This document shows positions 44,244 to 45,100 of a DNA stretch of 45,100 nt, piece by piece. The notes under the pieces are model-generated. The model was given only the letters and a program-made list of their open reading frames with translations. It had not been told where the DNA came from and searched no databases. How positions within the stretch are numbered: the stretch's first letter is position 1; the number at the start of each line of letters is the position of its first letter. This DNA is from Archangium sp. (GTDB lineage: Bacteria > Myxococcota > Myxococcia > Myxococcales > Myxococcaceae), in assembly GCA_031367385.1 (NCBI GenBank), contig JANLPS010000057.1, forward strand, positions 1-45,100. Reading direction: 5' to 3'. Position numbers and translations under genes: made by a program.

Positions 44244-45100
44244 GGCCCGTATTCCCAGGTGTCGTTGAGGTACGGGCCGCTGAGGTCCGACCGGCCCCCG
44301 AAGAGCACCAACTTGCCTCGAAGCACGTCGGCCGCGCCTTGCGGGTAGTAGCGGTTGCCGGGGCTGACCGGGGTGGTCCGCTGCGACCACCACGTGCCGT
44401 TCCACTCCCAGGTATCTGACAAGGTCGAAGACGTGGTGTTGCCACCGAAGACGATGAACCGACCCGCGAGAAACGCGCCGACCGCACCGTACCGACCCGA
44501 GGGGCCGCTGGTGATGCGCGGCGACCAACTCGAGCCATTCCACTCCCAGGTATCTGAAGCGAGCATTGACGCCGCACTGCCGCCGAAGAGCACTGTGACA
44601 CCGCGAATCGAGTCGAACGCCATCGCAGGGCCGAACCGAACGGTGGGCGAGACCGCGATGGTGCGCAGCTTCCAATCGGTGCCGTCGAACTCCCAGGTGT
44701 CACCCAGCTCGCCCGAACCGCTCGAGGTTTGCCCGCCGAACATCACCACGACGCCTCTTTTGCTGTCGTAGGCCATCCCCGCTCCGTAGCGGGCTCCGGG
44801 TGACGTGTTCGTGCTGATTCGACGCCAGGTGGCGCCGTTCCACTCCCAGGTGTCGTTGAGCGTCTGGGTGCCGTCAAAACCGCCAAACATCACGACGACT
44901 GAACGCGCCGAATCGTACGCCATCGAGGGTAACCGTCGCGCAACGGGCGAGGTGGCGCTGGCGACGACGAACCACTTGGTGCCTTGCCACACCCAGGTGT
45001 CGTTCAAGGCCGAGACGCCGTCGTACCCACCGAACATGACCGTCTCGCCTGTGGCCGAGTCGAACGCCATGCCGGCGCCACGCCGAGCGGCTGGGTCGGC
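44240..45100 (-). CDS. Kelch-repeat beta-propeller protein (C-terminal part; start outside window)
   Basis: Six blades of the form MAYDSxRxxxVxFGG...LxDTWEWxGxxW. The frame is open to the window edge. Confidence 0.9.
   Translation of the reverse strand, partial: ADPAARRGAGMAFDSATGETVMFGGYDGVSALNDTWVWQGTKWFVVASATSPVARRLPSMAYDSARSVVVMFGGFDGTQTLNDTWEWNGATWRRISTNTSPGARYGAGMAYDSKRGVVVMFGGQTSSGSGELGDTWEFDGTDWKLRTIAVSPTVRFGPAMAFDSIRGVTVLFGGSAASMLASDTWEWNGSSWSPRITSGPSGRYGAVGAFLAGRFIVFGGNTTSSTLSDTWEWNGTWWSQRTTPVSPGNRYYPQGAADVLRGKLVLFGGRSDLSGPYLNDTWEYGP

Overview
This is a GC-rich, gene-dense bacterial chromosomal window, most likely from a Myxococcota (myxobacterium-like) genome. That assignment is an inference from the DAG/Cys-rich lipoproteins, the Tat-exported DUF1501-type cluster, the kelch and collagen-like surface proteins, and dnaN lying apart from dnaA. 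I found no rRNA, tRNA, CRISPR array, integrase or transposase. Housekeeping genes (ppk2, class A PBP mrcA, two pseudouridine synthases, bcp, a FadF/HdrD-like Fe-S oxidoreductase, pyrG, dnaN, an ABC exporter) are interleaved with poorly characterised accessory genes. The best candidates for undescribed biology are: (1) a 912-aa protein with a degenerate LysM, a Gly/Ala hydrophobic hairpin, a Pro-rich linker and two kinds of internal repeat, including a 3x ~90-aa C-terminal repeat I do not recognise (16383-19121); (2) a three-gene cytoplasmic signalling cassette of a small protein, a double-domain KaiC-like ATPase and a sensor-less histidine kinase (12228-15254); (3) an exported heme c / DUF1585-like / DUF1501-like operon with a possible sigma54 promoter (35970-40418); (4) a transmembrane-less PLD paired with a CX5R phosphatase (2065-4227); (5) a 660-aa 'hypothetical' with a permuted papain-like HAG...FYCxE signature directly behind dnaN (28512-30494). 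Two genes are visibly frameshifted: a collagen/C-type-lectin lipoprotein broken by a 4-bp TATG duplication, and a CPBP protease missing one base. A third gene appears truncated. Family names come from motif recognition by eye, not from database searches.
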